A stretch of 64,000 bases of DNA from an uncultured delta proteobacterium (GTDB taxonomy: Bacteria > Desulfobacterota > Binatia > UBA9968). Position numbers and translations under genes: made by a program. The first letter of the stretch is position 1. Each line of letters starts with the position of its first letter. Location: assembly GCA_963728565.1 (NCBI GenBank), contig CAVSLC010000023.1, positions 128,001 through 192,000 of the forward strand, read 5' to 3'. The notes below the pieces were generated by a model, which did no database searches, was not told the origin of the DNA, and saw nothing but the letters and a program-made list of their open reading frames with translations. Positions 41,208 through 50,205 of this stretch are shown one piece after another.

Positions 41208-42432
41208 GTGATTAGGAAAGAAGCGGGTTTACCGCTATTCACCCAAACTCCTAAGTATCTCACCGTTAGTCAGCTCAATCAGCTCGTTCGGGTGACCTTG
41301 GAAACACGCTTGGATGCGGTTTGGGTGCTTGGGGAGATTTCTAACTTTCGAATCCCTCCCTCGGGCCATTGTTACTTCACCCTCAAGGACGAAAAGAGCC
41401 AGATTTCAGCGGTGCTGTTTCGACGACAGGGTCAGTACGTTGGCATTCGTGCCGGAGAACGGCATGCAGGTTTTATGCTTTGCCCGGGTCAGTCTTTACA
41501 CGGCGCGCGGGGATTTGCAGATCTATGTCGAATCGCTGGAGCCCCGAGGTCAAGGCGCGCTCTACCTGGCGTTCGAGCAACTCAAAAAAAGGCTGGCTCA
41601 GGAAGGCTTGTTTGCTGCCGAACGAAAACGGCCCTTGCCTTTCTTACCGAAGACGATCGGAATCGTGACCTCCGACAGCGGCGCGGCGTTACACGACATG
41701 CTGAGAATTATCCGGGATCGTTACCCTGATCGGCGTGTGGTCGTGCGTCCCGTTAAAGTTCAAGGCCTCGGATCTGCAAATGAGATCGCCGCCGCCATTG
41801 CGGATCTATGTACGACCGGCGTGGACGTCATGATCGTCGGGCGGGGTGGCGGCTCATTGGAAGACCTCTGGGCTTTCAACGAAGAAGTCGTCGCGCGGGC
41901 GATTTTTGCCTGTTCGGTGCCGGTGATTTCCGCCGTCGGTCATGAAGTTGATTTTACCATCGCGGATTTTGTCGCCGACCAGCGCGCGCCGACGCCGACC
42001 GCCGCCGCGGAAATGGTTGTGCCGTGCAAAAAGGATTTGCTGGCGGAATTGCAACTGATCGAGAACCAGTTGCTTCGCTGTATGCAAAGTAAAATAGACG
42101 ACGCCCAGGAAATTTGCCGCGGGCTGGTCAAAAGATTATCCGACCCCGGGCGCAAGTTGCGCGAAAAGCAACAACATCTGGATGACCTTTCGGTGGATCT
42201 ACAGCGCCGTTTTTCAGATCGGCTGAACCACTTTAAAGAACGTTTGGGCCACGAGAGTAGCCGCTTGAGCGCCTTGAGCCCACTGGCTGTTCTCGATCGT
42301 GGCTACAGTATCACCCACAAAGTCCCGGATGGCGCAATCGTCAAGGCCGCCGAGGGCCTAATCGTCGGTGATCTCGTGCGGATTACCCTGGCTCAGGGCA
42401 AAGCGACTTGTCGGGTCGAAGGCAAAGAGTGA
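41208..42432 (+). CDS. xseA: Exodeoxyribonuclease VII large subunit; frameshift near 41430
   Basis: TVSQLN..VWV.GEISN..SGH.YFTLKD, then in the next frame GRGGGSLEDLWAFNEE, SAVGHEVD, RAPTPTAAAE. Confidence 0.93.
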
Positions 42433-42433
42433 C

Positions 42434-43333
42434 ATGATCACTGTGGGCGCAGTTGTTCTCCTACTCTGTTTCTCAGGTTCGGCTGTCCATGCGACAGAGT
42501 CTTTTCCTCTGAGCTGGCCGGCGCGCCTCAAAATTCCGCGAGGTGAAATCGCCGAGTTAAAAATTTACGGCGAAGGCCTATCTTCGGTTGAAGCACGATG
42601 GGCCGAACAGAATCTGCCGTTCTATGCGCTTGCGCCAGGATTGTTTGCAGCAATCATAGGTGTCGATTTGGAAGCTAAACCGGGAGTATCTAAAATCACG
42701 ATCACCGCCACGAACGATGCCGGTAGGCAGCGACGCGCGGAAACGATCGTACAGACGCTGTCGAAAGCCTTTCGTCAGGAGTCGTTTACTGTGGCTTCAT
42801 CATTCGATCAGTTAAGTCCGGAGGCGCTCGAGCTAATTCGTAGCGAACGGGCAGATTTTGCGCTAGCGTTCTCGACGCCGGCGGCCGAACGTTTCTGGGA
42901 AGCTCCTTTCATCCGGCCAGTGCCGCAGGAATCCTCCTCTTCCTTTGGCTATCGTCGCATCATCAACGGAAAGCCGCGAGCGCCTCATAGCGGCGCGGAT
43001 CTGCGCGCTCCCATCGGTACCGAAGTGCTGGCGGCCAATCACGGCCGAGTCGTATTGACCGGAGACTATTTTTTCGCCGGTAAAAGCGTCGTTCTCGATC
43101 ATGGCCGCGGACTGTACACGATGTATTTCCATCTGTCCGAGCTCAAAGTTGATGCCGGCGCTATGGTGCGTCGTGGCGATGTGCTTGCTTTGTCGGGGAT
43201 GAGCGGACGCGTGACCGGGCCGCACTTACATTGGGCTGCGCGCTTGGGGAATGCTCGGGTTGACCCCATGGAATTGATTCAGAAAATTTCAGTCGGCCAA
43301 TCTCAACAAACCGAAAGCGCTATCGGCAACTAA
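42434..43333 (+). CDS. M23-family metallopeptidase
   Basis: Signal peptide; HSGAD, Y.HL, GR.TGPHLHW. Confidence 0.9.
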   Translation: MITVGAVVLLLCFSGSAVHATESFPLSWPARLKIPRGEIAELKIYGEGLSSVEARWAEQNLPFYALAPGLFAAIIGVDLEAKPGVSKITITATNDAGRQRRAETIVQTLSKAFRQESFTVASSFDQLSPEALELIRSERADFALAFSTPAAERFWEAPFIRPVPQESSSSFGYRRIINGKPRAPHSGADLRAPIGTEVLAANHGRVVLTGDYFFAGKSVVLDHGRGLYTMYFHLSELKVDAGAMVRRGDVLALSGMSGRVTGPHLHWAARLGNARVDPMELIQKISVGQSQQTESAIGN

Positions 43334-43348
43334 TCAGACGGAGCAGGT

Positions 43349-43612
43349 ATGGCAAAGAAGGATCCGCAAGATTTGAAATTCGAAGATGCCATCGCAGACT
43401 TAGAGCAGGTGGTCGAGCAGTTAGAGTCGGGAGATCTTTCGCTGGAGGATTCACTGGCGGCTTTCGAAAAAGGTGTGGGATTGGTGCGCTACTGCAATCA
43501 AAAGTTGAGCGAAGTCGAAAAAAAAGTGGAATTGCTGGTAAAGGATAAGCAGGGCCACTTGCAGTTACAAGCATTTGGCAACGGCCCGGCGGACCCCGAG
43601 TCGGGCCAGTGA
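43349..43612 (+). CDS. xseB: Exodeoxyribonuclease VII small subunit
   Basis: FEDAIADLEQVVEQLESGDLSLEDSLAAFEKG. Confidence 0.95.
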   Translation: MAKKDPQDLKFEDAIADLEQVVEQLESGDLSLEDSLAAFEKGVGLVRYCNQKLSEVEKKVELLVKDKQGHLQLQAFGNGPADPESGQ

Positions 43613-43665
43613 GTTGGAACACGGCTGCAGACCCCAATTTCGAGTTACGCTAGAATTTGGCAAAT

Positions 43666-44406
43666 CTAAAACGACAACCGCCTTACTTTCTCCTCACAGT
43701 AGCGGATCAAGTCATTCTCGGACGCATAGCTGTCACGATTGATCGGCTCGCCAAAGCGCACATGTGCGTGCCAAGTTTTCCCCGAGCTGTACTGTAGACC
43801 TGTCGGGATAATCGGCAGTGATGCGCCCAGGCGGCGCTCAGCGGCACGGGCGATTGCGACGAATCCTCGCTTGAACGGTAAGAAGCCGTGGTTGTCGATC
43901 TTTGGCGTATAAGCCGGATCTATGTTCGGGTAGCCTTCAGGAAAAACTACGAGCAAGCGATTTTCTACGAGCAACTGCACCGAGTTCTTGAACGCCCTGC
44001 GCCGGTATCGCTCCACATCCGCGAGTGAGAATCCATTGTGAGAATGTCCGCCCCCGTCATTTTTGTGTAATAAGGCATCGGCTCGCAGGACCACAGGCCA
44101 TCGCGCCAGGCGCGTTAGCTGTGTCATCAGCGATTGCATGGCCGCATTTCGAACCCAGTCCAGCGTAACAAGAATATGAAATTGGCGCGGCATGGCAGCA
44201 AACAGCGCCAGACCATCGTACAGATGATGATAATGCCGGACGACAATAAGCGCAGGTCCATTCGCAGGGATGTGCCCGACGCCTGAAGAGATCGTCTGCA
44301 AGCGGCCGAACGCGACAGCACGGGCGATCAGTCGCATCGACTTTGCTGTTGCGGATTGAGCTACGGATCGCTGTGACACCATGCTTTGTTGTCTTGGAGT
44401 AGGCAC
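43666..44406 (-). CDS. PlsC-family acyltransferase (candidate carotenoid-glycoside acyltransferase)
   Basis: HYHHLYD (HxxxxD), VFPEG, FKRG motifs; inside the crt cluster. Confidence 0.78.
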   Translation of the reverse strand: MPTPRQQSMVSQRSVAQSATAKSMRLIARAVAFGRLQTISSGVGHIPANGPALIVVRHYHHLYDGLALFAAMPRQFHILVTLDWVRNAAMQSLMTQLTRLARWPVVLRADALLHKNDGGGHSHNGFSLADVERYRRRAFKNSVQLLVENRLLVVFPEGYPNIDPAYTPKIDNHGFLPFKRGFVAIARAAERRLGASLPIIPTGLQYSSGKTWHAHVRFGEPINRDSYASENDLIRYCEEKVRRLSF

Positions 44407-44409
44407 TGT

Positions 44410-45564
44410 TTAGCAAGTTTCTTTTGGCTCAAACATCCCAGCGCTTCTGCGAACATAGGAACGGCCGCGCCAGCTGTGTTTCCGTGATCGAGCGCTCTGG
44501 ATGAGCCGAACAGCCGCGGCGAAATCACAGAGCGGCGACAACCAGTAAGTCCAGGGCCGCTGATCATAGGCTCTGGCGGTGCCGAACAAAACTCCCACGC
44601 GTAGGGCTAAAAGAAGCGCATTGAGGGCGAAAATCAATCTCGGAGCGCCTATATTCCAAGCGAAAATCAGCATCGGCACGGGCACACCTTGGACAAAAAA
44701 CACTTCGAGCAGGCCCAGTGCCTGCCGCCAAGCGAAGTACTGATCGCGCATTGGCAGCGACCTTGGCCAGTTGCTCCAGGTTTCACGCCAATTGAGATAC
44801 ATGGATACTTCCGCCAGACCGTCGGTTTCATAAAAGCCGACCGCTTCGCCCCGTTCGACCAATCGACGCGCGATCGTGATATCCTCGCAGAGAGATGAGC
44901 GAGCGGCGGCAAAAGCTTGTGCGCCGAGTAGAGTCTCCCTAGGGCTAAAGAAACACTGTCCATTGGCTTGTACTTGATGAACCTTTTGATAAGCGCGGCC
45001 GGGTTGCCCGAAACGGTAAACCAAAGTCGTTAATAGAGGAGGGTGGATCAATGCTTCCAATGTCCCCGATAGATGCTGACGGGTGGCTACCGAAAATGTC
45101 GATACTCCAGAGCGCGCCGCATGGCTTATCAAGGAGCGAGCTAGTTTCGGGGAGACTCGCACATCGGCATCGATACAAAGAATCCACTGGTTCGCCGGAT
45201 TGGAGCGAGCGAGACCGAAGTTGAGATTCCAGGCCTTGCCTATCCAGCCCGCCTCGGCGGGGCTGGCATCAATCCATTGCACGCGACCATCGTGCAGGTG
45301 ATAAAATTCAGTGATGGCTCGGGTCGCATCAGTGGATCCGCCATCAATTACCAAAATCTCGGCCACTTCATCGGGTTGAGCGATGAGGGATTCCAGGCAA
45401 TTTGCGATGCGCGTTGCTTCGTTGAGGACTGGTAGGAGTATAGTGATGCGCGCCGATGAGGGCTGATGGGATGTTTCAACAAGCCTGCATTGCGAAGTTT
45501 TCGACATGCGAAAAAATACTCGCGCTGCAAGTATCGTCTGCAATAAGCCCAGCAACAAAAACAA
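44410..45564 (-). CDS. GT2 glycosyltransferase (candidate carotenoid glycosyltransferase, CruC/CruG-like)
   Basis: PVLNE, IDGGSTD, GWIGK, IDAD, ANGQC, CED, MY..W; SD AGGAG. Confidence 0.82.
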   Translation of the reverse strand: MFLLLGLLQTILAARVFFRMSKTSQCRLVETSHQPSSARITILLPVLNEATRIANCLESLIAQPDEVAEILVIDGGSTDATRAITEFYHLHDGRVQWIDASPAEAGWIGKAWNLNFGLARSNPANQWILCIDADVRVSPKLARSLISHAARSGVSTFSVATRQHLSGTLEALIHPPLLTTLVYRFGQPGRAYQKVHQVQANGQCFFSPRETLLGAQAFAAARSSLCEDITIARRLVERGEAVGFYETDGLAEVSMYLNWRETWSNWPRSLPMRDQYFAWRQALGLLEVFFVQGVPVPMLIFAWNIGAPRLIFALNALLLALRVGVLFGTARAYDQRPWTYWLSPLCDFAAAVRLIQSARSRKHSWRGRSYVRRSAGMFEPKETC

Positions 45565-45576
45565 TTTGAGCTCCTA

Positions 45577-46404
45577 CTAATCTTTCTGCGTCGACTTGCG
45601 CGGCGAGCCCCGCAAGGTTTCGCAAATACTGTCCTGTGGGATAGCGATGATCGTGAACCGGCTTGCGCCGGGATCGGGGACGATTTCCGGAGAGCGATTC
45701 AAGAACCCCGGCCAAGCGCCAAGGACCCGGTGTTCGAAGCTGCGCACCTCGATGCTGCCCTCGACTCTTCCTGGTCCAGTGATACGGCCGTTGAGAATCG
45801 AGTGACCTCGCTGGACTACATACAATTCTCCGTCTGGCAGTAGCGGCACGGAAATTTTCAGGGTCGCGGCCGGATGCCCGTCACCATCCCAATCATAAAC
45901 TGAAGGGTCATTTAACTTCGTCGGCAAATTCGGTTCGCTCGAACTCGGCTTGTAGCCGATTCGTTCAACTCCTAGATCCGCTCGATAGCGCCATCCTTGA
46001 CCGTCTTTCTCAACTTGGATGGGATAGGAGTGTTTGGCCAATGCGGCAACGAACTTGTCGGGGAATATCATCTTGATCATCGCCGAGTCTTGGAGCACAT
46101 GAAAGTCGCATACTTCGTGGCGCTGCAGTAACCCGGTTTGATCGCTTTTAACCTCGATTAATGAAACCGACCTGGAAGCGGATTTGGACACGCCAAAAAT
46201 CGGCACGCGTGCCACCGATGCCAAAATCATTTCGAGACGATACACGCCGGGCGGCAGGGGATTGTCGTCTTGTGCCGCGGAAACGCCGCTCAAAAACATC
46301 AAGCTGCTTAGTAATACCAAGCATCGGCCAATGCACCGTCGGGCGGTTTCCATCCTGCCTTTTGGCTCCGTGTTCGTAACGCTGTCCTGCCCCAGGGGAA
46401 TCAT
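45577..46404 (-). CDS. Hypothetical exported beta-rich protein
   Basis: Signal-peptide-like LVLLSSLMFLSGVSAA; DWDGDG motif; overlaps or abuts same-strand neighbours. Confidence 0.65.
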   Translation of the reverse strand: MIPLGQDSVTNTEPKGRMETARRCIGRCLVLLSSLMFLSGVSAAQDDNPLPPGVYRLEMILASVARVPIFGVSKSASRSVSLIEVKSDQTGLLQRHEVCDFHVLQDSAMIKMIFPDKFVAALAKHSYPIQVEKDGQGWRYRADLGVERIGYKPSSSEPNLPTKLNDPSVYDWDGDGHPAATLKISVPLLPDGELYVVQRGHSILNGRITGPGRVEGSIEVRSFEHRVLGAWPGFLNRSPEIVPDPGASRFTIIAIPQDSICETLRGSPRKSTQKD

Positions 46405-46566
46405 TTCGACTTGTACCCGATCGAAATTCGATGCGCTAAGCTGTCGATTCGTTCAGGTGGACGTTCTTCATAGACAGATGAGTCAGATTGAAGCTCCCGA
46501 CCGAACGACAGCCCAATTGCACGCACATGGCTTCTTGAGGAGCATTGCCCGCTTAAAATTAGAAAA

Positions 46567-47043
46567 TTACAAACCGTTGCCGAGTCTTTTTTCATCCCGC
46601 GGATTAAAGATGGTTTTTAAAGCCGTATGACGGTACTTAAAGATTCGATCCAGATCCGGTGCGACGAAAAATCTATTCACCAGAGCACCGCCGAAAACCG
46701 AGTAACGGACGTGATCGTTAACTAAAGTGCCGCCCTGCTGCTCAAAGAAGGTATGTTCATGCTCCCAAAACTGATAGGGGCCTTTAGTCTGCCGGTCGAC
46801 AAATCGGTGCGGCGGATTCCAAACGCTAATCTCACTTTGCCATTTAATCGGTACGCCGTGAATGCGCAAGCGGTAGTTCAGCCGTGCTCCTGCTCGCATT
46901 ATTGGCGGGGCTTCGCTGATGATCTCGAACCGGAGCCAGCCGGGCGTGAGCCGTTCAAGATTTCTCGGGTCGGCGAAGAACTGAAAAATCTCAGAGCGCG
47001 ATTGAGGCAGCCATAGCTCGGTTCTTAGGTGATGGATTTTCAT
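46567..47043 (-). CDS. SRPBCC/START-fold protein
   Basis: IFQFFADPRNLERLTP, W.SEI..WNPPHRFVD.Q.KGPY.FWEHEHTF, IFKYRH. Confidence 0.88.
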   Translation of the reverse strand: MKIHHLRTELWLPQSRSEIFQFFADPRNLERLTPGWLRFEIISEAPPIMRAGARLNYRLRIHGVPIKWQSEISVWNPPHRFVDRQTKGPYQFWEHEHTFFEQQGGTLVNDHVRYSVFGGALVNRFFVAPDLDRIFKYRHTALKTIFNPRDEKRLGNGL

Positions 47044-47210
47044 GCCCTTCGCCAGGCAGGTCGATCAAAGTTGCCGGAGCATCAGCCTTTGAATCTCACT
47101 TACCAAATCATGCCGCGACCTTTCCTTTTCCTCCCGGTTTAGGTCTAATTATCTCCGAATGTTTCTTAATGCTGAATTTCTATGTTGACTATTCAATACA
47201 TTCATCGATC

Positions 47211-47234
47211 TAAAGTCAACTATACTTGACTTTA
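47211..47234. promoter_or_regulatory. Palindromic candidate operator in the divergent crt-cluster promoter
   Basis: TAAAGTCAA-CTATAC-TTGACTTTA (perfect 9-bp arms); additional GTTGACT at 47184-47190. Confidence 0.65.
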
Positions 47235-47261
47235 CAAGAGGAAATGATGAGAGTAGTTCAG

Positions 47262-48168
47262 ATGAAAATTGTGATAACTGGCGCCAGCGGCTTCATCGGA
47301 TCTCTTCTCGCCGATCATCTCTGGAGGCAGCGTCATCATCTCATTTTAATAAGCCGTAAACCTCCTCGAGAATCCAATGTCACTCAACAGGAGTGGGTTT
47401 TTTGGGTGCCCGGCGAATCCGGTGAATGGGAAGAGGCCATTGATGGTGCGGATGGCATAGTTAATCTCGCAGGCGAGCCAATCGCGGCCAAGAGATGGAG
47501 CGATGTGCAGAAGGAGAAAATTAGGGTTAGCCGGGTTGAGACCACTAGGGCTTTGGTCAACGCCATTGCTAGGACCAAACAGAAACCAAGATTTTTCATC
47601 AGCTCCTCTGCGGTAGGTTATTACGGCGGTCGCGGTGATGAAATCGTTACCGAAGAAACTGCCCCGGGGAGTGATTACTTGGCGCGAGTCTGTGTTGATT
47701 GGGAAAGAGAGGCGAGAAAGGCCGAATCGTATGGTATACGCGTCGCCCTAGTAAGAACAGGGATCGTGCTCGATAAAGGACAGGGCGCGCTAGCAAAAAT
47801 GGTCGTGCCGTTTAAGTTGTTTGTCGGCGGTCCTTTGGGGTCGGGGAATCAGTGGATGCCTTGGATTCATATTGAAGACCAAATCCGCTTACTGTTGTTT
47901 CTAATCGAAAACCAAAATGCTCGGGGTCCTTTCAATGCCACGGCTCCGAATCCGGTAACCATGACCGAATTTTGCAAAACGATGGGCGCGGTTCTTAACC
48001 GGCCCTTCGTGGGCGACTGTCCCGGGCGGTGTATTGACTCTGCTGCTCGGCGAGATGGCCGAGATGCTGCTAAACGGTCAACGTGCTGTGCCGCAGGCCG
48101 CCACGAACCTCGGTTATGAATTTAAGTATAACAATCTGCTGCCGGCTCTGGAGTCCTTGCATCTTTGA
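47262..48168 (+). CDS. TIGR01777-family NAD-dependent epimerase-like protein; frameshift near 48007
   Basis: VITGASGFIG, VNLAGE, SAVGYYG, LGSGNQW.PWIH, GPFNATAP.PV; C-terminus (LLLGEMA..LLNGQR..P..LGYEF) in the shifted frame. Confidence 0.9.
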
Positions 48169-48175
48169 AACGCTG

Positions 48176-49076
48176 ATGAGCGCAGTAAACGAATATCAGA
48201 CTGGTCAACGACAGCAGCTTTATGTTCGAGCCCTGTTGAACGGTGACGATGAGGCTGCGTTTCAGATCATCAATCAGTTGCTGCTGGCGCGGCGGCCGCC
48301 CGTCGATGTTTACTTAAATCTGATCACCCCCGCATTGATCGAGATAGGTCAGCTTTGGTGTGACGGAGAGATCGGTGTGGGCCTGGAAAAACTTGCCTCT
48401 CATCTTGTGCTGAAGCATATGGACCGACTGCGAGGACATGCACAGCAGCGAGAGGCCACGGTTGCCGCAACGTATCCTGGTTGCATGTGTGGAAGGGGAA
48501 CTGCATTGCATCGGCGCCCGGATGGTGGCTGACTTGTTGGATATTGAAGGATGGTCGGTGGACTTTCTCGGAGCCGACGTTCCCACGCCGTCATTGATCG
48601 AGACAATCAAAATTCGACGACCGCACTTAGTGGCACTCTCTGTCAGGACGTCGAGCGGTCTCGCTCACGCACGCCGTGTGGTAGGAGAATTCAGGACGAT
48701 GGCGGATGCGCCAAAGATTCTTTTGGGTGGGCAGGCAATGATACGAAATGAGTGGCCGTCAGACGCAACATGCGCAGTTGCTCGTAACGCCCTCGAAGGA
48801 GTGCAGCTTGCCGGCAAGCTGCTGAAAGCCGGGCGGCCTAAAGCTGTATTGAAGGAATACCTGATCGGATTGGGTCGCGGAGTGCGCGACTTGCGCAACA
48901 AAAAGGGTTGGACCCAAGAGCAATTAGCCGAATCGGCGCGCCTTACGCGTGTTTCCATCGTCGCCATCGAAGGCGGAAAACAGAACATTTCAATGGATGT
49001 GGTACTGCGTCTGGCGAATTCATTGGGGACTTCGCCGGAAGATCTACTATCGAGCCACAACATCTTCCGGTCTTAA
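48176..49076 (+). CDS. Cobalamin-binding regulator: B12 cap + Rossmann B12-binding domain + C-terminal XRE HTH; frameshift near 48437
   Basis: ITPALIEIGQLWCDGEIGVGLEK, ILVACVEGELHCIG, GWSVDFLGADVP, VALS, LLGG, then LGRGVRDLRNKKGWTQEQLA...IEGGKQNISMDVVLRLANSLG. Confidence 0.82.
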
Positions 49077-49086
49077 GGGAGGATTC

Positions 49087-50205
49087 TTGAAAAACTTAAG
49101 CCTCAATTTGTCGAACGAGGTGTCGGCTGAGCGGATTTTCTCGGACCAGGCGAAAAATCAGGAGCAGCGGAATATAGGTCGAGAAGGACTGCGCAGCATG
49201 TTGCCCAAGACTGAACGCATGGCGGAACTGCTCGGTTTGGATGACCCCTCGATTGTCCAGGATATTCTTCGTGGCGCTTTAATTGACCCACTCGCCGAAG
49301 CGACTTCGACCCGTGGTAAACGCATACGCGGACAGTTGGTGACGTTGGGCTACCGTCTCGTTAGCGACACTCCAGCCTGCGTTCTTGCCACCAAACAGTG
49401 CGGCTGGTGCGCCGCTATAGTCGAATTGATTCATACAGGATCCCTGGTTATCGACGATATCGAGGATGGCAGCAGTGTGCGCCGGGGCCGTCCGGCACTG
49501 CATCTTCAATTTGGTGTCCCGATCGCGGTGAACGCAGGCAACTGGCTCTACTTTTGGCCATTCGAATTGCTTCGTGAAACCGAACTGCCGGTCGATAAAA
49601 TTTTTTACCTCTATGAGCATTGTCATCGAACTCTGCTGCGCGCCCACTTTGGGCAGGCGGTTGATTTGGGCGCCCCGGTTAGATCCCTGCCCCAGCACCG
49701 GGTTGCACCAGTTTGCCTGGCATCGATGAAACTCAAGACCGGCGCATTGATGGGCTTTGCCACCATTCTGGGCGGCGCCATTGCACGAGCATCGGAAGGT
49801 GCCTTGTCGATTCTGGATCAGTTCGGGCAGGACCTCGGCGTCTCGCTGCAGATGTTCGACGATTTGGGTAATCTCATCGGTAAATGCGAACCGGCCAAGC
49901 GGTATGAAGATCTTAGATTGTCTCGACCCTCATGGGTCTGGGCATGCGCCGCAGACAGCAGCACTCGAGAGCATACGCAGAGTTCTGTACCGCAGTCGGT
50001 AGTTTACCGGATGCGCATAAACTGGAGTCATGGTCTGAGGCGCATAACCTTACAGAACGGGTCCGTCTCTATGCCCGAGGTTATTTGGACAGCCGCGTTT
50101 CGACAGTTAAAAGAGCGCCTTGACAGCGCCAACGTACATTGGTCGAAACGTGCTTTTGAAGATCTACGAGAACTCGGCGAGGAGATCGCAGTTGCCTATG
50201 GATAG
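49087..50205 (+). CDS. crtE: Polyprenyl (probably geranylgeranyl) diphosphate synthase; apparent compensating frameshifts ~49970-50090
   Basis: GKRIR, IHTGSLVIDDIED..RRG.P, GQAVD, KTG, QMFDD; directly upstream of crtI/crtB. Confidence 0.8.
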   Translation: MKNLSLNLSNEVSAERIFSDQAKNQEQRNIGREGLRSMLPKTERMAELLGLDDPSIVQDILRGALIDPLAEATSTRGKRIRGQLVTLGYRLVSDTPACVLATKQCGWCAAIVELIHTGSLVIDDIEDGSSVRRGRPALHLQFGVPIAVNAGNWLYFWPFELLRETELPVDKIFYLYEHCHRTLLRAHFGQAVDLGAPVRSLPQHRVAPVCLASMKLKTGALMGFATILGGAIARASEGALSILDQFGQDLGVSLQMFDDLGNLIGKCEPAKRYEDLRLSRPSWVWACAADSSTREHTQSSVPQSVVYRMRINWSHGLRRITLQNGSVSMPEVIWTAAFRQLKERLDSANVHWSKRAFEDLRELGEEIAVAYG

